From Candidatus Gottesmanbacteria bacterium RIFCSPHIGHO2_01_FULL_40_15 (GTDB lineage Bacteria > Patescibacteriota > Microgenomatia > 2-02-FULL-39-11), in contig MFJF01000015.1 in assembly GCA_001779115.1 (NCBI GenBank), positions 86,491-150,490 on the forward strand: DNA of 64,000 nt, read 5' to 3'. Under the pieces are notes generated by a model. That model did no database searches. It saw nothing but the letters and a program-made list of their open reading frames with translations, and had not been told where the DNA came from. Both the position numbers and the translations under genes were made by a program. Numbering within the stretch: position 1 is the first letter of the stretch; each line of letters begins with the position of its first letter. Positions 29,909 through 38,311 of the stretch are shown here, one piece after another.

Positions 29909-31317
29909 GCAGTGTAAAAATCAATCCCTCTTCATTCCGGGACAAAAGCGGATATGTTTTCCGTACCCAAAGCGGTCTGATAATCCGCACCGTCAACAAG
30001 ATATATCAGGAGGATTACGATCATTTAATTAAATCGGGACTTTTAAATGAATTATTCAAAAACAATCTGCTGGTTTCCCACCGTGAAGAAGAAGTGGGAA
30101 AATACTTTCCCGGTGATTCCTCAATTTACAAAATTTTGGCGCCGCGTAAAATTCCCTTTGTAACTTACCCGTATGAATGGAGCCTGAGTCAGTTAAAAGA
30201 AGCAGCGCTATTGACCTTGAAAGCTGCCCGGTTGGCCCTTAAGTACGGGATGATTCTCAAAGACGCTTCAGCTTATAACGTTCAGTTTGTCGGTACCAAA
30301 CCGGTTCTGATTGACACCCTGTCTTTTGAAAAAAGAAAAAAGAATAATCCCTGGCCGGCTTACCGGCAGTTTTGCCAGCATTTTCTGGCCCCGCTTGCCC
30401 TGGTTTCTTTTAGGGACGCCAGATTAATAAACCTGTCGGGTGATTTTATTGACGGGATTGATCTCGATATGGCTGTCAACCTTCTGCCCCGACGGTTCAT
30501 GCTGAACATCCACCTCTTTATCCATCTCTATTTGCATTCTAAAGGGCAAAAATTGCTGGGAAAAAAATCTCCGGAAAAAATAAACCCGGGCCCTGTTGAC
30601 AGTAATAAAATTGCCAATCTTTTTGAAAGTCTTGAGCAAGCCGTTAACTCCTGCGGCAAAAAAAAAGCATCCGGTTTCTGGGCACAATATTATTCGGATA
30701 ATAATTATTCTGTTACCGCTCTTGAATACAAAAAAAAGATAATTGCCGATGCTTTTAAAAAAACTTCAAAAAGTGTTGCTGTTGATATCGGAGCCAATAC
30801 CGGATTATTCAGCCGTTTGGTTGCCAAAAATTCCCGGTACGTTATTTCCCTTGATAGTGATCCCGATGCTCTTGATGTTAACTTTAATCTGGCACAACAA
30901 AAAGGTATCGGAAACATTCTGCCTCTTTTTGCCGATATTACTAATCCCAGTCCGGCCATCGGCTGGCGTAATTTGGAAAGACAATCCCTTATTGAGAGGC
31001 TTCCCGGGTCAAATGTTTTAGCCTTAGCTATAACCCATCATCTTTACTTTTCCAATCATCTTTCATTTCTTTCTCAGGCTGATTTTTTCAATTCATTTGC
31101 TGAATCGTTATTAATCGAATATATTCCCGACTCTGACAGCCAGGTTAATTCCCTGATCGGGATGAGAACACTTGATTTATCCACTTACTCCGAAAAGCAA
31201 TTTACCGGTGATTTTGGAAAATATTTCCGCATCATAAAGCGCTTTCCGGTTAATCAGTCAAAAAGAGTTATTTATTTGATGATAAGAAAAAATGCGTTAA
31301 AAAAAAGAAGTGTTTAA
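29905..31317 (+). CDS. Two-domain protein: N-terminal protein-kinase-like (Kdo-kinase/APH-like) domain + C-terminal class I SAM methyltransferase
   Basis: The N-terminal domain has a catalytic-loop-like 'ILKDASAYNVQF' (D-x4-N) followed by 'VLIDTLSFE' (a DFG-equivalent). The C-terminal domain carries MTase motif I 'VAVDIGANTGLFS' and 'VISLDSDPDA'. Confidence 0.45.
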   Translation: MSSVKINPSSFRDKSGYVFRTQSGLIIRTVNKIYQEDYDHLIKSGLLNELFKNNLLVSHREEEVGKYFPGDSSIYKILAPRKIPFVTYPYEWSLSQLKEAALLTLKAARLALKYGMILKDASAYNVQFVGTKPVLIDTLSFEKRKKNNPWPAYRQFCQHFLAPLALVSFRDARLINLSGDFIDGIDLDMAVNLLPRRFMLNIHLFIHLYLHSKGQKLLGKKSPEKINPGPVDSNKIANLFESLEQAVNSCGKKKASGFWAQYYSDNNYSVTALEYKKKIIADAFKKTSKSVAVDIGANTGLFSRLVAKNSRYVISLDSDPDALDVNFNLAQQKGIGNILPLFADITNPSPAIGWRNLERQSLIERLPGSNVLALAITHHLYFSNHLSFLSQADFFNSFAESLLIEYIPDSDSQVNSLIGMRTLDLSTYSEKQFTGDFGKYFRIIKRFPVNQSKRVIYLMIRKNALKKRSV

Positions 31318-32854
31318 CATTCCTTACCTGCATACTATTCTATTCAGCATCTACCCGGTAGTTACTCTTTATTCCCAGAATCTGTACCAGGTGCTGATAA
31401 AAGATGCGTTTTTCCCCGCCATTGTGATGTTGATCTCCGCTTTTTTACTGATTTTTGTTCTTCGTTTACTCTCCGGTAATACCCGTCTGATTACGCTTGC
31501 TGTTTCTTTATTTTATCTATTAATGTTTTCATACGGCACCGTATCCAAATATATGGCGCGAACAGGGGGAATTAATGAATTAACTGGTCAATGGTTGTCG
31601 GTTTTTATAATTATCCTGTTATATTTTATCTCTCTGAAACTGTTAAAAGTTAACAAGATACATCTTTTAGGATTTACCTCCTTTGTTAACAAAATTTCTC
31701 TGCTGATAATTATCATTCCCATTGTTCCCATCGTTTTTAATTTCTATTCAGGAATGCAGTTTCGGAAAAAAGCACTGAGTGATATTTCCAAAACCCAAAA
31801 AGTTGATATCGGAAATATTGGGAATTTGCCTGATATTTATTATCTAATATTTGACCGATATGCTTCACAAAGCACATTGTCCGGATACTTCGGTTTCGAT
31901 AATTCTTCATTCTCCGATTATCTTGAGAATAAAGGTTTCTATTTGGCACAAAACAGCTGGGCAAATTATTACTCTTCAGCCCATTCATTGACCTCCTCCC
32001 TTAATATGGATTATTTGGATAATATAATAAATTCAGCGCCTGCCGGACCTGATGATAGGGACTGGACTTTGCTTTATAACCGCCTGGAAGAAAACGCTGT
32101 CGCTAAATCCCTGAAAAGCATTGGCTACAAGTATTATCATTTCGGTTCCTGGTGGTGGCCTACAGGCAAAAACCGTCTTGCTGACGAAAATATAAATTTG
32201 GGATATTTATCGGAATTTTCAGCCCGTTTGGTTGACAGCAGTATTTTATTCCCTTTAGCCAAAAAGTATAATTTTCCGCTGTTAGACAGCCGATACAATC
32301 AATGGCGCAGGATTAACTACCAATTCGACAGATTGGAACGGATTCAAAGTGAAAACTCGCCGGTCTTTGTTTTTGCCCATTTCATTATTCCCCATGAACC
32401 GTTTGTTTTTGAATCTGACGGTAAATTTTTAACTGCACAAAAAGAATCTCAAAAAGATATTAATGAAAAATATCTGGATCAGCTGGTATTTCTTAACGGA
32501 AAAATAAAATCATTTGTCGATATCGTTGTAAACAGTAGAGGCGGTAACTCCGTCATTATCCTTCAGTCGGATGAAGGTCCCTATCCGGTGCAATATGAGA
32601 GCAATAAGGATAGCTTTGACTGGACAACGGTTGATTACCCTTTGGTGTCTCAAAAAATGGCAATTCTTAATGCCATTTATTTTCCTGACGGTAATTATGA
32701 AATCCTAAAAAACGGACTGTCACCCGTTAACACGTTCAGAATTATTTTTAACCGCTTTTTGGGCCAGAATCTGCCTCTTCTGCCGGACCGTTATTATTTA
32801 GGTAACATGTCACAGCCGTATAATCTGATTGAATATAAAAAACCTCCCCAATAA
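31310..32854 (+). CDS. LtaS/sulfatase-family membrane phosphotransferase, paralog B
   Basis: 514 aa with the same architecture as the 10449 gene. It has five TM helices plus a sulfatase-fold domain with 'PDIYYLIFDRYA' and 'FAHFIIPHEPFVFE'. Confidence 0.6.
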   Translation: MFNIPYLHTILFSIYPVVTLYSQNLYQVLIKDAFFPAIVMLISAFLLIFVLRLLSGNTRLITLAVSLFYLLMFSYGTVSKYMARTGGINELTGQWLSVFIIILLYFISLKLLKVNKIHLLGFTSFVNKISLLIIIIPIVPIVFNFYSGMQFRKKALSDISKTQKVDIGNIGNLPDIYYLIFDRYASQSTLSGYFGFDNSSFSDYLENKGFYLAQNSWANYYSSAHSLTSSLNMDYLDNIINSAPAGPDDRDWTLLYNRLEENAVAKSLKSIGYKYYHFGSWWWPTGKNRLADENINLGYLSEFSARLVDSSILFPLAKKYNFPLLDSRYNQWRRINYQFDRLERIQSENSPVFVFAHFIIPHEPFVFESDGKFLTAQKESQKDINEKYLDQLVFLNGKIKSFVDIVVNSRGGNSVIILQSDEGPYPVQYESNKDSFDWTTVDYPLVSQKMAILNAIYFPDGNYEILKNGLSPVNTFRIIFNRFLGQNLPLLPDRYYLGNMSQPYNLIEYKKPPQ

Positions 32855-32863
32855 AAAATAACG

Positions 32864-33979
32864 ATGAAATTAGCCATAGTCTATGACCGGGTAGTTAAAT
32901 TCGGCGGCGCGGAAAGAATTTTAATGGCTCTGCATGAAATTTGGCCAAATGCTCCGCTTTATACGGCCGTCTACCGGCCGGAAAAAGCCCCCTGGGCCCG
33001 GCGTTTCCATATCAGAAGTTCTTTTTTGGATCATATTCCCTATGCCGAAAACATAATAGAGGTTCTCCCTTTTTTTACGCCCTACGCTTTTGAAAATTTC
33101 AATTTTGACGAATATGATATTGTTATCAGCATCACTTCCCAGGATGCCAAAAGTATTATCACCAAGCCGCAAACATTTCATGTCTGTTATTGCCTTACTC
33201 CAACCCGCTATTTGTGGAGCGGGTTAAATGAGTATTATAACCAGCCGGCTGCCGGTATTTTTAATCCCGGTGTACGTCTGGGTATGAAACTGTTTGTCAA
33301 CAAACTTCGCCGGTGGGATAAAATTTCCTCAAAAAGACCTGATAGTTATTTGAGTATATCCAAAACGGTAAAAAGAAGGATAGCTGCCTATTACAATAGG
33401 GAGTCTAAAGTTATATATCCGCCTGTAGATACGGAAGTTTTTAATCTGCCTAAAGTTAAAACTCTGAATGATTATTTTCTCATTGTCAGCAGGCTGGTGC
33501 CTTATAAAAGAGTAGATTACGCCATTGAGGCATTCAGCCAATTACCTTACCGGTTAAAGATTATCGGCTCCGGAATTGATGAGAAAAGGCTGAAAAAAAA
33601 CGCCGGAAAAAATATTGAATTTATCGGCAGTGATTTGACAGACCGGAAATTAGGCTGGTATTATCAGAATTGCCTGGCGCTGATATTTCCCGGTGAAGAA
33701 GACTTCGGCTTGACGGCAGTTGAAGCACAAGCTTGCGGACGTCCGGTAATTGCCTTGGGGAAGTCAGGTACAACGGAAACGGTAATAAACGGAAAAACAG
33801 GCTTATTTTATGATGAAAAGTCTGCAGACAGTTTGATAAGCGCGGTCAGGAAATTTTTCAAATACAGCTTTAATCCGGAAAACTGCAGGCAAAACTCACT
33901 TCGTTATTCGAAAAAACAGTTCAAACAGTTGATGAAATCTGAGATTGAAAATATTCGGCAAAACCTAAAATCAGTATGA
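32864..33979 (+). CDS. Glycosyltransferase family 4
   Basis: 'MKLAIVYDR' N-terminus and 'EEDFGLTAVEAQACGRPVIALG'. Confidence 0.7.
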   Translation: MKLAIVYDRVVKFGGAERILMALHEIWPNAPLYTAVYRPEKAPWARRFHIRSSFLDHIPYAENIIEVLPFFTPYAFENFNFDEYDIVISITSQDAKSIITKPQTFHVCYCLTPTRYLWSGLNEYYNQPAAGIFNPGVRLGMKLFVNKLRRWDKISSKRPDSYLSISKTVKRRIAAYYNRESKVIYPPVDTEVFNLPKVKTLNDYFLIVSRLVPYKRVDYAIEAFSQLPYRLKIIGSGIDEKRLKKNAGKNIEFIGSDLTDRKLGWYYQNCLALIFPGEEDFGLTAVEAQACGRPVIALGKSGTTETVINGKTGLFYDEKSADSLISAVRKFFKYSFNPENCRQNSLRYSKKQFKQLMKSEIENIRQNLKSV

Positions 33980-35058
33980 AAGCAATCATATTTGCCGGAG
34001 GCGTGGGAAAACGCCTTTGGCCGCTATCCCGAAAAAGTTCACCGAAACAGTTTGAAAAGATTATCGGGGATAAATCAACTCTGCAGCTTTCAATTGAAAG
34101 CATTTTGCCGGTTATTTCCTGGCAGGATATAAATATTTCAACCAATACCAAATATATCGGTCAGGTAAAGGAACAACTGCCGGTTTTGCCCGAAGAAAAT
34201 ATAATAGGAGAACCGGAAACAAGGGATGTCGGCCCTGCTGTTGCCCTGGCGACCGCTATTTTGCATAAAAAAACCCCGAAAACCCCCCTGGTAATACTCT
34301 GGAGCGATCATATTATCAAAAAAACCGGTCTGTTTCTTGATATTCTAAACTTTTGCCGTGAATATATTGAAAAAAATGATAAAAAAATTATCTTTATCAG
34401 CCAGAAAGCCAGATTTGCCAGTCAAAACCTGGGCTGGATAAAGTACGGTAATGTTAAATTTATCAAAAAAAATATTTCCTTTCATGAGTTTGCCGGTTTC
34501 CGTTACCGTCCTTCCCTGAAGGAAGCTGAAGATTTTCTCCGGGCAGGTAATTATGCCTGGAATACCGGATATTTTGTCACAACCCCTTCCTTTATCTGGT
34601 CTCTGTTTAAAAGCCACCAGCCTGAAATGTTTAAAAGCATGGAAAGAATTTCCAAAGCTTATTTAACCCCGCAATTTGAAAAAGTGCTGGATATTGAATA
34701 CCGGTTGCTGCCAAAAATTTCCTTCGATAACGCCATATTGGAAAAAATTAATATGGATAACGCTTTCGTTGTCGCGTCGGATTTGGGTTGGAGCGATATT
34801 GGAGCCTGGGAAGCTTTAAAGGAAGCCCTCCAGACGGAATCCGAGCAGAATGTAGTGAAAGGAAAAGTAGTCGTTACCGACTGTGAAGATTCGCTGATTT
34901 ATAATTATACCGACCAGCTCCTGGTGGCAATAGACGTGGATGGTTATCTTGTCGTCAATACCAAGGATGTTGTTCTGGTTTGTCATAAAAATTCCGTCCC
35001 CAAAATAAAAAAACTGGTGGAAAAACTATCCAAATCAGAAAATGATCATTTAGTTTAA
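33976..35058 (+). CDS. manC: Mannose-1-phosphate guanylyltransferase (GDP-mannose pyrophosphorylase)
   Basis: N-terminal 'IIFAGGVGKRLWPLSRKSSPKQF' matches the ManC/GMPP signature GGxGxRLWPLSR..PKQF. Confidence 0.75.
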   Translation: MKAIIFAGGVGKRLWPLSRKSSPKQFEKIIGDKSTLQLSIESILPVISWQDINISTNTKYIGQVKEQLPVLPEENIIGEPETRDVGPAVALATAILHKKTPKTPLVILWSDHIIKKTGLFLDILNFCREYIEKNDKKIIFISQKARFASQNLGWIKYGNVKFIKKNISFHEFAGFRYRPSLKEAEDFLRAGNYAWNTGYFVTTPSFIWSLFKSHQPEMFKSMERISKAYLTPQFEKVLDIEYRLLPKISFDNAILEKINMDNAFVVASDLGWSDIGAWEALKEALQTESEQNVVKGKVVVTDCEDSLIYNYTDQLLVAIDVDGYLVVNTKDVVLVCHKNSVPKIKKLVEKLSKSENDHLV

Positions 35059-35080
35059 TCCGTTATTTAACTCTTGTTAT

Positions 35081-35740
35081 ATGGTTGATGTTTCCGGAGA
35101 TTTATACGACAGATACTTAAAAAGGTTAACTGATTTTTTCCTTTCAACTGTGCTTATTATTTTATTTCTTCCGGTATCGGTTGTTTTGGCAATTTTGATT
35201 AAATTCGATAATCCCGGTCCAATATTCGCCGATACGCCGGAAAGGGTAGGCCAGAACGGCAGGCTTTTTAAAATGTTCAAGTTCCGTTCAATGATAGTCA
35301 ATGCCCATATGATTCTAAGACAGGATCCCAAATTCCGCGGTTTATATGCCAAATACAAAAGGAACAGTTATAAATTAAAGGATGATCCGCGGGTAACGAA
35401 ATTGGGAAAATTCATGCGCAAACATTCGCTGGATGAAATCCCCCAGCTGTTTAATGTGCTGATAGGCGACATGAGTCTCATCGGTCCGCGGGCTTATTAT
35501 CCGGATGAGTTGGATAATCAGCAGAAAAAATATCCCAAGACTCGTATTCTGGTAAAAAAAGTCCTGTCAATAAAGCCGGGTATTACCGGTCATTGGCAGG
35601 TATCAGGTAGAAGCGAAGTCAACTTTGACAAAAGAATCGCCATGGATGCCGATTATGTTCAAAAGCGGTCCTTGTGGTATGATGTTAGGATTCTTTTGGT
35701 TACCCCTTGGGCCATGATTACCGGCAAGGGTGCTGTCTGA
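35081..35740 (+). CDS. Small initiating phosphoglycosyltransferase (bacterial sugar transferase, PglC/WbaP C-terminal-domain type)
   Basis: 219 aa with a single re-entrant N-terminal helix and the 'PGPIFADTPERVGQNGRLFKMFKFRSM' and 'DEIPQLFNVLIGDMSLIGPR' motifs of PF02397 polyprenyl-phosphate hexose-1-phosphate transferases. Confidence 0.8.
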   Translation: MVDVSGDLYDRYLKRLTDFFLSTVLIILFLPVSVVLAILIKFDNPGPIFADTPERVGQNGRLFKMFKFRSMIVNAHMILRQDPKFRGLYAKYKRNSYKLKDDPRVTKLGKFMRKHSLDEIPQLFNVLIGDMSLIGPRAYYPDELDNQQKKYPKTRILVKKVLSIKPGITGHWQVSGRSEVNFDKRIAMDADYVQKRSLWYDVRILLVTPWAMITGKGAV

Positions 35741-35742
35741 AA

Positions 35743-37662
35743 ATGAACCGGAATTTCAGAAAAATCAAGTTTAATGAAAACGGGGCAGTTTCCGTAAAAA
35801 ATGTCAAAATCCCGCTATTTTTAAGTAAAAAGGGTAAACTCCTGTTGGCATTTTTTATCGCGCTGTTATTTATCTTTTTCCTGGCTGTATTTTTCCCGGC
35901 ACGCCAAATTGCATCAGACGTCCAAAAAGTCAGGGCTTCAGGAAGCCGGGTTTATGAACACGCCAAAAACCAGGATCTGGATAAAGTGTCAACAGAACTT
36001 GAAGTATTCAGGAGTGATCTTATTGCTTTGCAGTCTTCGGTAAATAAACTTAATTTTTTAGGAATTTTACCAGGTGTGGGTAGATATCAACAAGACAGCC
36101 GTCATCTTGCTGCCGGAGCCGTGTATGCTTCCGAGGCGCTTAAAGAAACCGTTCAGACTCTCATGCCGTATTCTGATTTATTGGGGCTAAAAGGCCAGTC
36201 AACTTTTGTATCCGGATCAGCCGATGACAGGATCAGGACAGCTGTTGAAACGATAGAAAAGATTGTACCCAATATAGACAAAATAGGCCGTTTGATTTCA
36301 CTTGCCGAAAAAGAAATATCATCTGTCGATTTCAACCGGTATCCCCAAAGAGTTGCCGGAAAAAACGTCCGAAGCAGTTTAATATCAGGAAAAAAACTTT
36401 TCTCGGAAACTGCCGTGCTTTTCACTAAAGCACAACCGTTTCTTAAAAACCTTCCCGATATTTTGGGAAATAAGGAGAGTAAAAAATATCTTTTTCTTTT
36501 CCAGAATGATGCCGAACTTAGGGCAACCGGAGGATTTTTAACCGCCTATGCAATTTTTAATGTTGACAAGGGAAAACTTACAGTTGAAAGGTCGGATGAT
36601 ATCTACAAGCTGGATGAGGCAAAAAAGAAGCAATTTCCGGCACCCGAAAAAATTCTGACATATCATAAAGGCGTCACCAATTTCCACCTCAGAGATTCAA
36701 ACCTGTCGCCTGATTTTTCCGTTTCAATGGCAACTTTTGAAAAATTATTGAAAGACTCAAGCGTTGATTTGGGAACATATGACGGAATAATAGCCCTTGA
36801 TACCCATGTTCTCGTATCAACAATTGAAATTCTGGGTGATTTTAATATCAATGGCCGCACTTTTTCAGCCGAAACCGATAAACGATGTAACTGTCCTAAA
36901 GTCATCTATGAATTGGAAGATTATGCCACCAGGCCGGTAGCTTACGTCAGGGAGGACAGAAAGGGAATAATCGGATCACTTCTTTATGAAATAATGCATA
37001 AAGCCCTCGGTGTTTCCCCATCTCAATACTGGGGAAAACTTTTTCAGATGTTTATAGATGAAGCCAATCAAAAACATATTCTATTTCTGTTTAAAAATGA
37101 AGATGCCCAAAAAGGTATTGAAGCTCTCAACTTCGCCGGGAAGATAATGGCGTATGATGGTGATTATCTCCACATTAACAATGTCAATTTTGCCGGTGCC
37201 AAATCCAATCTTTATGTTAAAAATTATGTCACTCAGGAGATTCAAAACAAAGAAAATAAAATCGAAAAAACCCTGACCTTGACTTATAAAAATCCGGCTC
37301 CGGCCTCAAATTGTAATCTGGAAGCCGGTCAGCTTTGTTTAAACGGAATATTGAGGAACTGGCTAAGAGTGTATGTTCCCCGGGGAAGCAAGCTCTTGGA
37401 ATTTAAAGGTTCTGAAATGGATGTTAAAACATATGATGAATTGGATAAAACCGTTTTCGAGGGGTTCCTGACGGTTAAACCGCAGGGATCGGCAGAAGCC
37501 AAAATCGTCTACCGGCTTCCTGAAAACTTTCCCGCAGATACGCCTTATAAAATACTTATCCAAAAACAACCCGGTACCGGTGAAGAGGAATTTACAATAA
37601 AGGGGCAGGGGAGAGAGGAAAAGCTCATCCTTAACACCGACCGGGAAATAATCTTCAACTGA
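35743..37662 (+). CDS. DUF4012-like membrane-anchored extracytoplasmic protein
   Basis: A start chosen immediately after the upstream stop gives an N-terminal TM helix. The conserved 'FQNDAELRATGGFLTAYAIFNVDKGK' segment resembles DUF4012, a family found next to cell-wall glycopolymer genes. Confidence 0.5.
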   Translation: MNRNFRKIKFNENGAVSVKNVKIPLFLSKKGKLLLAFFIALLFIFFLAVFFPARQIASDVQKVRASGSRVYEHAKNQDLDKVSTELEVFRSDLIALQSSVNKLNFLGILPGVGRYQQDSRHLAAGAVYASEALKETVQTLMPYSDLLGLKGQSTFVSGSADDRIRTAVETIEKIVPNIDKIGRLISLAEKEISSVDFNRYPQRVAGKNVRSSLISGKKLFSETAVLFTKAQPFLKNLPDILGNKESKKYLFLFQNDAELRATGGFLTAYAIFNVDKGKLTVERSDDIYKLDEAKKKQFPAPEKILTYHKGVTNFHLRDSNLSPDFSVSMATFEKLLKDSSVDLGTYDGIIALDTHVLVSTIEILGDFNINGRTFSAETDKRCNCPKVIYELEDYATRPVAYVREDRKGIIGSLLYEIMHKALGVSPSQYWGKLFQMFIDEANQKHILFLFKNEDAQKGIEALNFAGKIMAYDGDYLHINNVNFAGAKSNLYVKNYVTQEIQNKENKIEKTLTLTYKNPAPASNCNLEAGQLCLNGILRNWLRVYVPRGSKLLEFKGSEMDVKTYDELDKTVFEGFLTVKPQGSAEAKIVYRLPENFPADTPYKILIQKQPGTGEEEFTIKGQGREEKLILNTDREIIFN

Positions 37663-37683
37663 AATAGATCAGAATCTCCATTC

Positions 37684-38235
37684 ATGCAAAAAACTTATAA
37701 AACTGAAGTCATAATAATCAAAACATTTGATATGGGAGAAACAGACAGGCGCCTCACTGTTTTTTCCCGGCGTCTGGGTAAACTGATCGTAATTGCCAAA
37801 GGAGTGAGAAAAATTAACAGCCGCCGGGCTCCTTATCTTGATTTGTTTAGTCATCTGACCCTTTTTCTCTCAAGGGGCCGGACTTTTGATATAATTACGG
37901 ATGTGGCCCCCCTTAATGTTTTTTCAAAAATCAGGGAAAACCTGCCGTCGATTGCCGTTGCTTTTCATATGGCGGAGCTTACCGACAGGTTGCTGCCTGA
38001 ACGCTTTCCCCAACTTCAAATATTCTCCCGACTTCTCCATGACCTGATCATTCTGAATTCTGTGAAAAACGCTCAGTTAAAAGCTTTATGCGACAACTAC
38101 GGACTCTTTTTGCTTTGGGAACTTGGATACCTGCCACCGGCAACCGTTTTAACAGGCAGTAAATTGGACCGGTTTCTTGAAGAAGTAATGGAAAAAAAGA
38201 TAGAAAGCTCGCGTCTATTGACAAAATTGAGCTGA
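37684..38235 (+). CDS. recO: DNA repair protein RecO (short form, N-terminal OB-fold domain only)
   Basis: 'TEVIIIKTFDMGETDRRLTVFSRRLGKLIVIAKGVRK..SRR' matches the RecO N-terminal signature. The 183 aa protein lacks the C-terminal Zn-finger region. Confidence 0.65.
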   Translation: MQKTYKTEVIIIKTFDMGETDRRLTVFSRRLGKLIVIAKGVRKINSRRAPYLDLFSHLTLFLSRGRTFDIITDVAPLNVFSKIRENLPSIAVAFHMAELTDRLLPERFPQLQIFSRLLHDLIILNSVKNAQLKALCDNYGLFLLWELGYLPPATVLTGSKLDRFLEEVMEKKIESSRLLTKLS

Positions 38236-38262
38236 CCGATAAAATTATTTTGCCGTTCTCTT

Positions 38263-38297
38263 CCCGTTCCTTGTGGCTAAATGACGGGATTTTTTAT
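38263..38297 (+). terminator. Weak hairpin + T-tract, candidate intrinsic terminator after recO
   Basis: CCCGTT...GACGGG imperfect stem followed by ATTTTTTAT, located between the recO stop and the glyQS start. Confidence 0.25.
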
Positions 38298-38311
38298 AAA
38301 GCAGAATTCAT

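Noticed and set aside
38236-38311. Possible T-box riboswitch upstream of glyQS, as is classic in Firmicutes
   Set aside because: The intergenic region is only about 76 nt, far too short for a T-box leader of 200 nt or more. It contains only a weak hairpin plus T-tract that was recorded as a low-confidence terminator.
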